Below, one piece after another: positions 11,190-20,987 of a stretch of DNA of 64,000 nucleotides (the first letter of the stretch is position 1; each line of letters starts with the position of its first letter). A program made the translations under genes and the position numbers. Below the pieces are notes generated by a model. It saw only the letters and a program-made list of their open reading frames with translations. It was not told the origin of the DNA and did no database searches. The DNA is from Dehalococcoidia bacterium (lineage in GTDB: Bacteria; Chloroflexota; Dehalococcoidia; UBA2979): the NCBI GenBank assembly GCA_965262725.1, contig OZ253555.1:1440001-1504000 (forward strand). The letters run 5' to 3'.

Positions 11190-13410
11190 TCACCGGGCGG
11201 CATGCGGGGTGCCCCGCCACGGTCGATATGGCCGTGGTGCCACGACGCGCTGTCCAGCTAGCGAGATGAGCCCCAGACGGTCGGCGACGGGAAACGGGTG
11301 CCCGCGATGGCGTCGCCGCCAACGCAACCGCTTCCCCAGCCAGAGTTTGAGTCTCCACATGGCAAACCAGTGCAGGACGTCGAACGCCCTCGCCGAGTTG
11401 CCGTAGCGGAAGTAGCTCATCCAGCCGCGGAGGTAGCGATTGACTTCCTCCACGACCTGCCGGGGACTCAGCAGCAGACGCAACCGCGCCGTGATTTCAC
11501 GGATGCGGTCCCGCGCCCGCTGCATCGCTCGCCGTGAGGGCCAGCGTGCGAGGAACTGGATATTCTTGTTGCGCTTCGCACGTACCCAGCGATGCTCGAA
11601 GCCGAGGAACTCCAGCCCCTCGCCTCCCTCCCGCAGGTGCACGATGCGCGTCTTCTCCGCCTTGAGCTCCAGTCCGAGCTCACCCAGCAGGTCACGCAGC
11701 AGGGCCAACGCCCGCTCCGCTTCCTCCCGGCTCCGGCAGAGCACCACGAGGTCATCCGCATAGCGCACCAGCACGCCATCACCCTTCGCCTCCCAGTCCC
11801 GGTCCAACCGGTGCAGGTAGACATTGGCCAGCAGCGGGGACATCACCCCGCCCTGCGGCGTACCCGTCGCGCTGTGCTGCACGACCCCCGACTCCATCAC
11901 ACCGGCACGCAGCATCGCCCGTACCAGCTTCAGGAGATTGCGGTCGCATATCCGTTCCTCGACGGCCGTCATCAGACGGTCGTGTAGGGTCAGGGGCTGG
12001 CGCGGTGCGAGCCGTAGGCGGTGGCGCATCAGTTCCAAGCCGGTTTCCCGGTGGTGCCCAACTCCACGGCCATAGCAGCGTCCGTCTCCAGCCCCTGCCA
12101 CATCGAACCGGACGTGAGGTTCTCCCTCATCCGGCTCACCGATGCCCTTCACCAGATGGCATGCAGCGCTCCCCACAACGTGGGTCGTGCCTTGGCCAGC
12201 CGGTACAGCATGTGCGGAGAGCCTCGAACCCTACCAAGTGGTTGCTAGCCCCGAGGGGCACTCACCAGTCCACACCCCCAGCAACATGCACGGACAAAGT
12301 AGGGGTCCTTCCCATCACCGGCGGTTATGTTGTCCGTCCGGCTCCAGCGGTACTACGACCCCCTCCGCCACCCTTCCGGCTGGCTGTCCACTTCCCGGCT
12401 CTGACCGGTTATAGGACGCCTCGCTCCGACGCCCTCTCACAGGGTGCCGGGCCGGGGAGGGCTTCTCCGGTTCCCGTCGCTACCTTCCGTACGTTCCACG
12501 TCCCATACGCCGGGAGGTTTCTTGAGGCTGCATTCCAGGATCTTCACCTCGTCCATGGCCTTCGCCCTGACCACCCGGGCTCGGCTCCTCCTTGGTCCTG
12601 TCAATAGACAGGCGAGTCTCACGGCGCGGCAGACTTCGCGTCATGCTGCGGACCGCACGTTTGCTCCCCCTCATAGGGCTCTTGACGTCGGGCTTCGACG
12701 CAGACCGTTTCCCGTCCACGCCGCCGACCTGCTAACGGGCCTCCTGACAGTTACCCGTGCCGGACTCTCACCGGCTGGCAGCAACGAGCATGTCTCCGGA
12801 CCGGTCACGTCATCACGTCACCACCCCTTCGACTTCCGGACGCACGCGGTATCGACTCGAAACACGAGGCGATGTCCGTCTCCACTACCCACCGCCTGCC
12901 CCGCCACGCCTCGTCAATGAGGACCTGCAGGGCGTCATGGGCCGAACGCTTCGGGCGGAAGCCGAAGCTGCATGGCAGGAAGTCGGCCTCGAAGACCGGC
13001 TCCGTCACGAGCTTCAGCGACGCCTGCACGATGCGGTCGCGGACCGAAGGAATCGAGAGCGGGCGCTCTTCCGACCGACCGGGCTTGGGTATCCAGACCC
13101 GGCGGCTCGGCTGCACCCGGTATCTTCCCTCCTTCAGTTCCGTGGCCAGTTCATCCAGCAGGCGCTCCACGCCGTAGCGCTCGACCTCGGCGAGCGTGAC
13201 GCCGTCGATACCGGCTGCGCCGCGATTGCGACGCACCTGCTCCCACGCGCGCTCCAGAATGTCTCTGCGATAAACCTTGTCGTAGAGCGCATGAAAGCGT
13301 CTATTGGGGTCGGCCTTGGCCGCCCGGTAAAGCGTGCGTTGTAGTGTTCGGACCTTGTCTTGGATGGAGTTAGCCGCTTGGGCACTCACCGATTCATCCC
13401 TACTCCCCAC
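11190..13410 (-). CDS. ltrA: Group II intron reverse transcriptase/maturase, join(13410-12846, 11983-11190), 452 aa, no endonuclease domain
   Basis: GAAGIDG, RPLSIPSVRDRIVQ, FGFRPKRS, TPQGGVMSPLLAN, RYADD; spliced junction reads DIASCFESIP-H-DRLM in frame. Confidence 0.92.
11984..12845 (-). ncRNA. ORF-less group II intron (inner, 862 nt) inserted in the RT gene
   Basis: 5' GUGCG at 12845, domains V/VI and 3' ACCCTAC at 11984; paralogous to the outer ribozyme; domain IV keeps only an eroded RT scrap (MLYRLAK). Confidence 0.92.
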
Positions 13411-14004
13411 GCGTGAGCAAAGCAGGGGTCCTTCCCATCACCGGCGGTTGTGTTGTCCGTCCGGCTCAAGCGGTACTACGACCCCCTCCGTCACCCTTCC
13501 GGCTAGCTGCCCACTTCCCGGCTTTGACCGGTTATAGGGCACCTCGCTCCGACACCATCTCGCAGGGTGCCGGGCCGGGGAGGGCTTCTCCCGTTCCCGT
13601 CGCTACCTTCCAAACGTTCCACGCCCCTTACGCCGGGAGGTTCCTTGAGGCTGCAGCGCAACGCGCATTCAGGATCTTCACCTCGTCCATGGCCTTCGCC
13701 CTGAATTGCCGGGCTCGGCTCCTCCACTATCCGTTAACGACGCGGCAGGCTTCGCTTGATGCTGCGGACCGCTTGGTTGCTCCCCCTGATAGGGCTCTTG
13801 ACGTCGGGCTTCGACGTGGACCGTTTCCCGTCCGCGCCGCCGACCTGCTAACGGGCCTCCTGACAGTTACCCGTGCCGGACTCGCACCGGCTGGCAACGA
13901 CGAGCATGTCTCCAGACCGGTTACGTCATCACGTCACCCGCCCTTCGACTTCGGGACACACCAACCTCACCGGATATCTCAATCGCATTTCCAATTCAGG
14001 ACAC

Positions 14005-14187
14005 TAGGGCTATATGAAATTTTCCATACCAGTGATTACGAAGCTCCTCTGTTTCTTCAGCACCGGCGACGTATTTTGCAACACGCGCACACATTTCTTC
14101 AGGAGTCTCGATTACGTCCCCTGTATCGTGGTTCTTCCGTAGGTAACGCTTTTCGAGTACAGTGCGCGCGTTGTCTGTAAGTTCCAA
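14005..14187 (-). pseudogene. nrdJ: Class II (B12-dependent) ribonucleotide reductase N-terminal fragment, cut at the IS630 TA site
   Basis: MELTDNARTVLEKRYLRK...IETPEEMCARVAKYVA; strong RBS GGAGGGAGAGG. Confidence 0.75.
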
Positions 14188-14217
14188 GTAACCTCTCCCT
14201 CCGATTAACGGAGGTAT

Positions 14218-14246
14218 AGTATATCACATTGCAAAGTGTAAGTCAA
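14218..14246 (-). promoter_or_regulatory. Sigma70-type promoter upstream of the nrdJ fragment
   Basis: TTGACT-17 bp-TATACT on the minus strand. Confidence 0.7.
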
Positions 14247-14256
14247 GCACTAAATG

Positions 14257-15498
14257 TTACTCCGCACACGGTCCGAGGCCGGACTTTCGATCCTCAAGTT
14301 TCTTGTCATATATAGAATTGACAAACCGCTCAAAGAAGTCAGCCGTTGCGACCGCTGCCGCTTCTGCGGTCGTGTACGGAATCGGAGCATAAGATAAACG
14401 CACTCTGTTAAGCGACCGCACATAGGCCTCGCCGCAAGCTTCCTTTCCTGTGATTTCTACAAGACTGTTGTAGTTTTTGTGGACCTGCAGAAAGTCGAGA
14501 TCCAAGCAGCTGCCCGAGCCGTCATTACGACCTGTGTCACAAGGCGCATCCACAATTGGATTCCAGGCAAGGTCGACCTTCCAATACCCTTCAATCGTAT
14601 TACACCAGTTGCAAGCAACCCAAGCAGATCCAAAGCTGATGCTTCCGGGAATGAGTTGCTCTTCGTGCTCTAGGATTCGTACAGAGACACCACTGCCTTC
14701 TCTAATCCACGCCAAGTTTTCTTGGTGCTGATGGACAAGTGCGGTGACACAAGAGTCCATTGCTGCTGGAGGTGATACCTCTGTGATGTTTATCTTGGAG
14801 AGCTCTACAGTGTCTACTGACTCCCAACTGTTCTTTGGATCAGTGGTGTAACGGCCGAAGGCTTCCACCAGTTGTGCTTCAAGAGTCTCTGATCGTGGCG
14901 CAAGCCCCCACAGTTGCTGCAGAAGCTTGTCGTCGCGCGGACCAAGTTCACTGTGGAGGGAGACTTTCTTCAGAACTTCGTTGAACTCGTAACACGCCGG
15001 TACCTCTGTGACGCACTTACTGGCGTTCCACCACGAGCCTCGAAAGAACGGAAGATCATTTACACAGTCCGACGCAGGCACAGCCTCGATCGACGCCTGA
15101 ACTGTGGGAGTCGGCGTGCTAGGAGCCTGTGTACGAGGAACAGTCCGACTCAGATAGTCGTTGTGTACCCAACTCTTGCGTCCTCTGTCATCACGAAGCC
15201 ACACCCACTCGGCACAAGTCTGTTCACCCTCTCTGATAACGGTAACTTCAGCACCTTCAGGGATGCCACGCCCTCTGTGATCTGGATCGCGCATATCTTC
15301 TCTGCAGCCATGGCGGACCGCTACGTTATCACCGCCTGTGTCGACTATGTAAGCGATATCGTCTTTCTCCCAAACGTCGGGAGTAGGCGTTGCGACTGTG
15401 GGTGTTGCAGTTGGCGGCTCTCGCATATCATCTACGTCCACACAGCCAAAGCTGAGTGCTCCAAGAATTGTCACAAGTGCAATCACGAGACGAGCCAC
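14257..15498 (-). CDS. Low-GC putative lipoprotein with SH3-like segment
   Basis: RBS AAGGAG, hydrophobic signal ending SFGC, PT-rich linkers, WVWLRDDRGRKSWVHNDYL; GC clearly below the flanks. Confidence 0.6.
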   Translation of the reverse strand: MARLVIALVTILGALSFGCVDVDDMREPPTATPTVATPTPDVWEKDDIAYIVDTGGDNVAVRHGCREDMRDPDHRGRGIPEGAEVTVIREGEQTCAEWVWLRDDRGRKSWVHNDYLSRTVPRTQAPSTPTPTVQASIEAVPASDCVNDLPFFRGSWWNASKCVTEVPACYEFNEVLKKVSLHSELGPRDDKLLQQLWGLAPRSETLEAQLVEAFGRYTTDPKNSWESVDTVELSKINITEVSPPAAMDSCVTALVHQHQENLAWIREGSGVSVRILEHEEQLIPGSISFGSAWVACNWCNTIEGYWKVDLAWNPIVDAPCDTGRNDGSGSCLDLDFLQVHKNYNSLVEITGKEACGEAYVRSLNRVRLSYAPIPYTTAEAAAVATADFFERFVNSIYDKKLEDRKSGLGPCAE

Positions 15499-15606
15499 TG
15501 TCTTCTCCTTCACTACTCGGGAGGGTCGCGAGGGCGCACGATCTTCGGAGCGCCGCTCCGTCGTTTCACGTGCAGGACGCCCGGTGCCGGAATTAGGTTT
15601 GAAGAC

Positions 15607-15637
15607 TGGTGCCGAAGGTGGGATTCGAACCCACACG
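15607..15637 (-). tRNA. tRNA 3'-end fragment (probably Leu); likely att site, not a full tRNA
   Basis: Minus strand CGTGTGGGTTCGAATCCCACCTTCGGCACCA gives T-arm, acceptor 3' strand and CCA; no 5' half found. Confidence 0.7.
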
Positions 15638-15699
15638 GGCCGACCGCGAGCGGATTGGAGGCGATGAACGAGTGTCTCCGGTCAGGTTCCGCATCCGGA

Positions 15700-16665
15700 T
15701 CATGACGAGGCCCTGTGACGCCGCACGTTCAGGGCCTTCCACTCCAGGAGCGGTTGCGACCGTATCCGTTGCTGGAGCGCCGGCTCGGAGGTCAAGATGG
15801 TCGAGTCGATCTCTCCGTCGTCGAGCAGCCGGTCAAGGAACGCTCGCTCCGCATCGGTGAACGGCAGTAGCGCGGATAGCCCCTGCTGGCAACCGTCGAC
15901 GAGCACCGGGCCATAGCCGGCCGCTTCGCTCGACTCGACCCTGGCGCGGAGCGTCGGCCTGAGCTGACTCGCGAGTTCCGCCGGGTCGAAGGCCACGTCG
16001 TCGACCGAGACCGTGCGCCAGTCCCTGCGACTCATCGCCCCATACACGACGAAGGCGGTTCTGAGCCGGCCGAGGTCGAGGGAGTCGATGGAGAAAATGA
16101 GATGGCTGTCGAACAGGTCGCGGGCGCGCCGACGCGACAGCAGTGCCGCCAGCTTCCCAGCGGCAAGCTCGTGCACATCCACGACCGGGACGTCGGTCGC
16201 CTGCCAACTCCCGACCCGATGCGAGTCCATCGTTGTGATGGGCCACAGGGGTACGCGGTACATGTAGTTGACGTCCACGTCGATTCTGCCGCCCTGCCCG
16301 GAAGCCGCCGGATAGCGCAGCGTCCACTTGCCTCCCGCGTGCTCGCTCGCGAGCTGTCTGCCAGTCAAATCCTCTCGGCCGAAGACAGCCCGGAGCGCGT
16401 CCTCCAGCCTCGGGCGCTCCTCCAACATGACCTCCCTGCTCTCGGTGCCCACGTAGTTCAGGTCGATGTCGACGGAGAGCCTGGGCACGTCAAAGACGAA
16501 GAGGTTCAGCGCTGTCCCGCCCTTCAGGGCCAGCTTTCCCTTCAGGAACGGATGAAGCTGAATCGCGTCGAGCAGCCCGAGCAGATGGGCGACCTTTTCC
16601 AGCATGTCTGCCCGGAAGCCCGTCGCCTCGGCATCCGCGACGAGCTGCTCAGGGGAGACCCTCAC
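15700..16665 (-). CDS. abiEii: AbiEii family nucleotidyltransferase toxin
   Basis: LKGGTALN...RLSVDIDL...AGKLAAL...RARDLFD; GTG start overlaps the antitoxin stop. Confidence 0.9.
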   Translation of the reverse strand: MRVSPEQLVADAEATGFRADMLEKVAHLLGLLDAIQLHPFLKGKLALKGGTALNLFVFDVPRLSVDIDLNYVGTESREVMLEERPRLEDALRAVFGREDLTGRQLASEHAGGKWTLRYPAASGQGGRIDVDVNYMYRVPLWPITTMDSHRVGSWQATDVPVVDVHELAAGKLAALLSRRRARDLFDSHLIFSIDSLDLGRLRTAFVVYGAMSRRDWRTVSVDDVAFDPAELASQLRPTLRARVESSEAAGYGPVLVDGCQQGLSALLPFTDAERAFLDRLLDDGEIDSTILTSEPALQQRIRSQPLLEWKALNVRRHRASS

Positions 16666-17477
16666 GCGACTTCCTCCCAGGCCCGGTCCACTACCTCCCG
16701 TGGTGCTACCAGGTTCCACTCGGGCACGAAACGCCCTCGGCCATTCGTCGCGGCGTCGACGTAGTGCGGCTGTCGCGGCCGGTGTTGGCGGAGCGTCTGC
16801 AGGTGGCGCGACTGGACCATGAGCACCTCGCGGTGCTGCTCCAGGAAGAAGCCCACCTTTGCGGCGGTCGTCGCGTTGCAAAGCAGGAGCGCGTAGTCCA
16901 CGACCTGCTCGATGTTGAAGAACTCCACCGATTCCAGCGAGCGCCAGATCTCCTCCCAGCCTCCCGAGTGGCGCGGGCGATCGAGCACGTCTACCAGCGT
17001 GCGCTCAAGGCTCGTGACCCTCACCGGGAGGCCGGCGCGCTCCGCAGTCAGAACACCGTGGGTCGTATTGCGTGAACGGGCGAGGGCCTCCTGGAATCGC
17101 GTTCCCCGGAAGACATGGGAGCGGAACGTCAGCGGCGACGAGGGGCGCGCCGCCAGATAGGTGAGATGCTGCCACGCCGAGTAGGCTCGGTCATGGAACT
17201 CAAGCGCCGTGTGGTGCGACAGGATGGCGTCAGCAGTGAGCCGCGACGCGATCAGGTAGGGATCCACGGGGAAGGATTCCGGGTCGGCTCCCGGCGGGAC
17301 CACGGCGTACAGGCCGCGGCGCACTCGCAGGAGCCGACCGGCCTTCACGTGGTAGCCGAGTAGTGTCTCCCGGGTCCTGGCGCTGGCGCGGCCGCGCGAC
17401 GCGAGGTGCACAGCCAGCTCATCGGTGGTGAACACGGGATGCCGGCGAAAAAACTGGTCGTGCTTGACGGTTGGCAT
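16662..17477 (-). CDS. abiEi: AbiEi family antitoxin/transcriptional regulator
   Basis: N-terminal wHTH (LLRVRRGLY), LSHHTALEFH, VTSLERTLVDVLDRP. Confidence 0.88.
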   Translation of the reverse strand: MPTVKHDQFFRRHPVFTTDELAVHLASRGRASARTRETLLGYHVKAGRLLRVRRGLYAVVPPGADPESFPVDPYLIASRLTADAILSHHTALEFHDRAYSAWQHLTYLAARPSSPLTFRSHVFRGTRFQEALARSRNTTHGVLTAERAGLPVRVTSLERTLVDVLDRPRHSGGWEEIWRSLESVEFFNIEQVVDYALLLCNATTAAKVGFFLEQHREVLMVQSRHLQTLRQHRPRQPHYVDAATNGRGRFVPEWNLVAPREVVDRAWEEVA

Positions 17478-17556
17478 TACCAGTCGCCCCCTCCGCCGAG
17501 GTTCCCACCGGATGGTGTGGTCCGAGGAGCCTTCGCGAGCCCAGTACCCCAGTCTC

Positions 17557-17613
17557 TTGATGATTAGTCGAGTAAACTGCTCTTATGCTACGGGTTGCTC
17601 GTCTGATTATCAA
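17557..17613. promoter_or_regulatory. Imperfect inverted repeat, probable AbiEi operator
   Basis: TTGATGATTAGTCGAGTAA ... TTGCTCGTCTGATTATCAA in an AT-rich stretch upstream of abiEi. Confidence 0.55.
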
Positions 17614-17690
17614 CAATCGACGCAGTCGACGGCCGGTGGGAGCGGTGCCTACAGGCGCACCAGGCGGTCGGCCCCGCCAGCAGGAATCGT

Positions 17691-18202
17691 GGCCACGTCC
17701 CGCAAGGTGGTGTCGCAGTGCATCATCCTTATCATTTGTTAGCCGGCAGCCTGCAGCAGCACCTCCTTGCCTGACGTGAGCTCACTCCCCGGCGGGGAGA
17801 GCAGCGTCATCATCGTCATGTAGCGCCGCCCCACGGCCCACTCGTCGTGCTGCTCGGAGAGCACCGCACCGATGAGCCGGATGACCGCTGAGCGGTTGGG
17901 GAAGATGCCGACCACGTTGGTGCGCCGGCGGATCTCCTTGTTGAGCCGCTCCTGGGGGTTGTTCGACCAGATCTGCCGCCAGTGCGTGACCGGGAAGGCC
18001 GTGAACGCCAGGATCTCCTCCGCGGCGTCGGCGAGCATCGCCGCGGCCTCGGGGAAGCGCGCACCGAGCTGCTCCACGACCCGTGCGTGCTGGGCGTGCA
18101 CCTCGGAGGCCGAGGGCTGCTGGTAGATGGTGCGCACGGTCGTCGCCACCAGCGCCTCGGCGCTCTTCGGCACGCGCGTGAGCAGGTTCCGCATGAAGTG
18201 GG
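17691..18202 (-). mobile_element. IS256 family 3' fragment (transposase C-terminus 17739-18202 plus right end)
   Basis: HFMRNLL...IWSNNPQERLNKEIRRRTNVVGIFPN; end ACACCACCTTGCGGGACGTGGCC. Confidence 0.85.
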
Positions 18203-18309
18203 GTGCGCCAGGCTAACTGGTGCTTGGGCAGGAGGTGCAAGTCCTCTACGGCGAAGGAGCAAGCCACTCCACGCGGTTCCGCGAGCCGTGCGCGACTCGT
18301 CGCGAGGCG
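18203..18309 (+). ncRNA. 5' fragment of a second, unrelated group II intron
   Basis: GTGCG begins exactly where the IS256 ORF breaks, followed by domain-I-like GGAGGTGCAAGTCCTCTACGGCGAAGGAG...GAGCCGTGCGCG...CGCGAGG. Confidence 0.6.
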
Positions 18310-19760
18310 TGTTCCGATCGTTCTAATACCCGACCAGTGATTGTCGACGGTCAGCGATTCTGTCCTCGTAACGCGTCAGCGACTCTGTCAGTGTCGCCCT
18401 GGCCGTCAGAGGATGCCGCGGCGCCGTTGCGGCGTCCAGGCACGCCGTTAGCCAGGACGTAGTTGTGGACGGTGTCGCGGGCGATCCCGAGCAGCCTGGC
18501 GGTCGCCCGCATCGAGAGCCCTTGCAGCTGCGCCTGCTGAATCGCCTTCCAGCGGGCGAGCTGCCGGGGGGTCGGAGCAGAGAGTTGCTTGCCGTTGGTC
18601 TCCGGCCTGACCGCAGCGCCGTTGCCGGCCGCAACCGCCGACGGGGCGACGGGGGGCGCACTGAGCCGCCGAGGCGCGCCGCCGGAGCCGAGCCCTGAGG
18701 CGATGCGCTCGTGGTCGGGGCGGAGAGCCAGCTCGGAGCGAGCCTCCCGCAGCATCCCCGCGCGCGGCGGTGCCGGGCGAGAGGGGATCGTCTCGCCTAC
18801 GTGCTGGACGGAGAGCTCGCCGCCCGGCCGTTCCACGACCTCGACCCGTGTCCCAGCGTAGCTGGTGCGCTCGGGACCCGGCAGCAGCTGCAGCGTGCGC
18901 CAGCGGTACTTGACTGTGTTGTCGCGGGCGACGGTGCGGGGGTTCCGAAAGCTGAGGATGGAGGCGAGGGGGAGCGCGGGGTCGAGCGGGCGGTAGGCCT
19001 GCTCGGGTTGCGCCGCCGGGACCCGGAAGCGGGCGTCGAAGCGCGGCAGGAAGCGCTCGAGCACGGCCTGCGCCTCGGGGATGGTGGAGGCTGAGGCGTG
19101 GCGCAGCTCGGTCACCAGCCGGTCCTGAAACGTACCTGCGGCACGTTCCACGCGCCCCTTCGCCTGGGGTGATCGCGCGAAGATCTGGCGTATCCCGAGT
19201 TCGCCCATCGCCCGCGCGAACTGGGTCGAGGCCTTGAGCCCACGCCGCCCGCCGGGACCGGCCAGGAAGACGCCGTGGCGGTCGCTGTACAGGGCAAGCG
19301 GGATGCCGCAGCGCCGGACGATCTCCTCCAGCAGCAGGAAGTAGCCACGGGCGTCCTCGGCCGGGCGGAAGAGCGCGTGCACGGCTGAGCCGGTCGCATC
19401 GTCGACGGCGAGCAGCAGGGCGAAGCGGGGGCCTCGTTCCTCGAGCCAGGCGTGATGGCTGCCGTCCACCTGGAGCAGCATCCCCTCGCGGGGCATCCGC
19501 TCACGCCGGACGCGGTGCTCGGGCGGCCGGCGGCGTCGGGGACTGGGGATGCCGGCCTTCGCCAGGATCCGGCGGACGGACGAGCTGCTCACCTCCAGAC
19601 CCTCGTGCTCCCAGAGCAGCTCGGCGAGGTGGGTGTGGTTCGCTCCCGTGTAGCCGCTGGTGGCGAAGCGCACCACGGCGGAGGCGACGGCGACCGGGAC
19701 AGCGTTGTGGGGGCGACGGCCGCGGTTGCCGTGCCCCAGCGCCGAGGAGTGCGTTGCCCC
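18310..19760 (-). mobile_element. IS1202/ISNCY-like (IS481-related) element, 5'-truncated; transposase 18351 to about 19760
   Basis: HGNRGR, QVDGSHHAW, VDDAT, YSDRHGVF, SPQAKGRVER..TFQDRL; terminal TGT at 18310; subterminal repeats GTCAGCGAYTCTGTC at 18350 and 18375. Confidence 0.8.
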
Positions 19761-19821
19761 TGTTGAGGCGACTATGCTGTCAGGCGGATGTCTCGGATGG
19801 CGACGGGAGCGAGCGCCTCGA

Positions 19822-20976
19822 ATGCTGGACGATCGCCTCACCAGCGCGCGCTACCGCAACTTCATGAGCTTCTCTGACGAAGAAGTGAAGCTCGACGACC
19901 TCACGGTGCTCGTCGGTCAGAACGGCGCTGGCAAGAGCAACTTTGTCGAGGGTCTCCGCTTCTTGCGTGATGCTCTGGGCGGGTTGGATGCCGCGATGCT
20001 TAGCCGTGGCGGAATCGCCAACGTGCGAAGGAAGGTCTCGTACGGTGGACGTCCGTCAGATGTGGAGATCGAAGTTCAAGCCGTTGTTGGAGGGTCGCGG
20101 TTCTTGTACGGCGTGACGATCGGAGCCGTTGCGGGAGGCGGCTGGCGTCTCAAACGTGAGGAATGCAAAGGCGAGTCCAACGAAGGATCGTTCGGCTTCT
20201 CGAGGGTGGGCGAGCGCTTGCGCTTCTCGGGCCTGCCCGATCACGGCGATACCTCGAGAAGGATTGGAGTTGCGCCGGACGACCGTTTGGCTCTGCCAAT
20301 GGTTGGTGTGCCATTTCGCAGCCTCGCCAGCTTCCTTCGCCGTGTCGGAGCGTACAGCATCTACCCCGATGCCCTGCGACAGCCGCAGCCTCTCACTCAA
20401 CCGTTGAGACTTGATGATGGTGGCGAGCAGCTCGCATCAGTGCTGCGGAGGCTTCGGAAGCGGAAGGGCAACCCGGCCGCGGTCCGCATCCGCGAGGCCC
20501 TCGCCGACCTAGTACCCGGCGCGACCAACTTCCGCGTGACGGAGCCCGGCAGTTATCTCGTGGTGAGTGTCTCAATGGAGCGCAACGGGAAAGAGATGTG
20601 GTTCGACGCGGCTCAACTGTCGGACGGAACGCTGCGGCTGCTTGGCATTTTGACTGCCCTACACCAGGCACCGGCTCCCTCGCTCGTCGCTATTGAGGAG
20701 CCGGAACTGACGGTTCACCCGGGTGCAGCTGCTGTACTCACGGACGAACTGGTCGATGCCGCACATCGTATGCAAGTCATCTTCACAACGCACTCACCCG
20801 ACATCGTCGCTCGCATGCCTCTAGGATCACTGCGAGTTGTCGAGGCGACTGCGGAAGGAACTAGGGTCGGTGCAGTCTCTGCGGAGCAGATGGATGTCGT
20901 CAACGAGAAGCTGTTCTCGGCCGGCGATCTGATACGGATTCAGGGGTTGCGCCGCGAACTCAAGACGACCGGTTAG
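19822..20976 (+). CDS. AAA_21/SMC-like ABC ATPase
   Basis: GQNGAGKSN, LSDGTLR, IEEPE..VHP, TTHSP. Confidence 0.88.
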   Translation: MLDDRLTSARYRNFMSFSDEEVKLDDLTVLVGQNGAGKSNFVEGLRFLRDALGGLDAAMLSRGGIANVRRKVSYGGRPSDVEIEVQAVVGGSRFLYGVTIGAVAGGGWRLKREECKGESNEGSFGFSRVGERLRFSGLPDHGDTSRRIGVAPDDRLALPMVGVPFRSLASFLRRVGAYSIYPDALRQPQPLTQPLRLDDGGEQLASVLRRLRKRKGNPAAVRIREALADLVPGATNFRVTEPGSYLVVSVSMERNGKEMWFDAAQLSDGTLRLLGILTALHQAPAPSLVAIEEPELTVHPGAAAVLTDELVDAAHRMQVIFTTHSPDIVARMPLGSLRVVEATAEGTRVGAVSAEQMDVVNEKLFSAGDLIRIQGLRRELKTTG

Positions 20977-20987
20977 CCGGGTTTCGG

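Larger units (their letters stand above)
11026..13961 (-). ncRNA. Group II intron (outer, RT-encoding)
   Basis: 5' GUGUG at 13961; domain V GAGCCGGATGAGGGAAAACCTCACGTCCGGTTC; 3' end ACCCTAC at 11026; EBS1/EBS2 pair with the upstream exon. Confidence 0.92.
10888..14004 (+). mobile_element. Internally deleted IS630 (181 bp without the intron) hosting the group II twintron
   Basis: 20-bp IR GTGTCCCGAGTTGCAAATGC / GCATTTCCAATTCAGGACAC (17/20), TA on both flanks; with the intron removed it reads FIWHKSADQIFDNLTGYLNRISNSGH*, an IS630 transposase C-terminus. Confidence 0.85.

Noticed and set aside
11190-13410. RT as a retron, DGR or two separate genes; duplicated flanks as TR/VR
   Set aside because: The duplicated DNA has group II 5'/3' ends and domain V, differences are not adenine-specific, and the two ORF halves join in frame.
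15607-15700. Complete tRNA gene
   Set aside because: Only the T-arm and acceptor 3' strand are present; no D-arm or complementary 5' strand.
19660-19821. Longer N-terminus for the AAA ATPase
   Set aside because: It overlaps the transposase remnant on the other strand; the family-typical start is ATG 19822.
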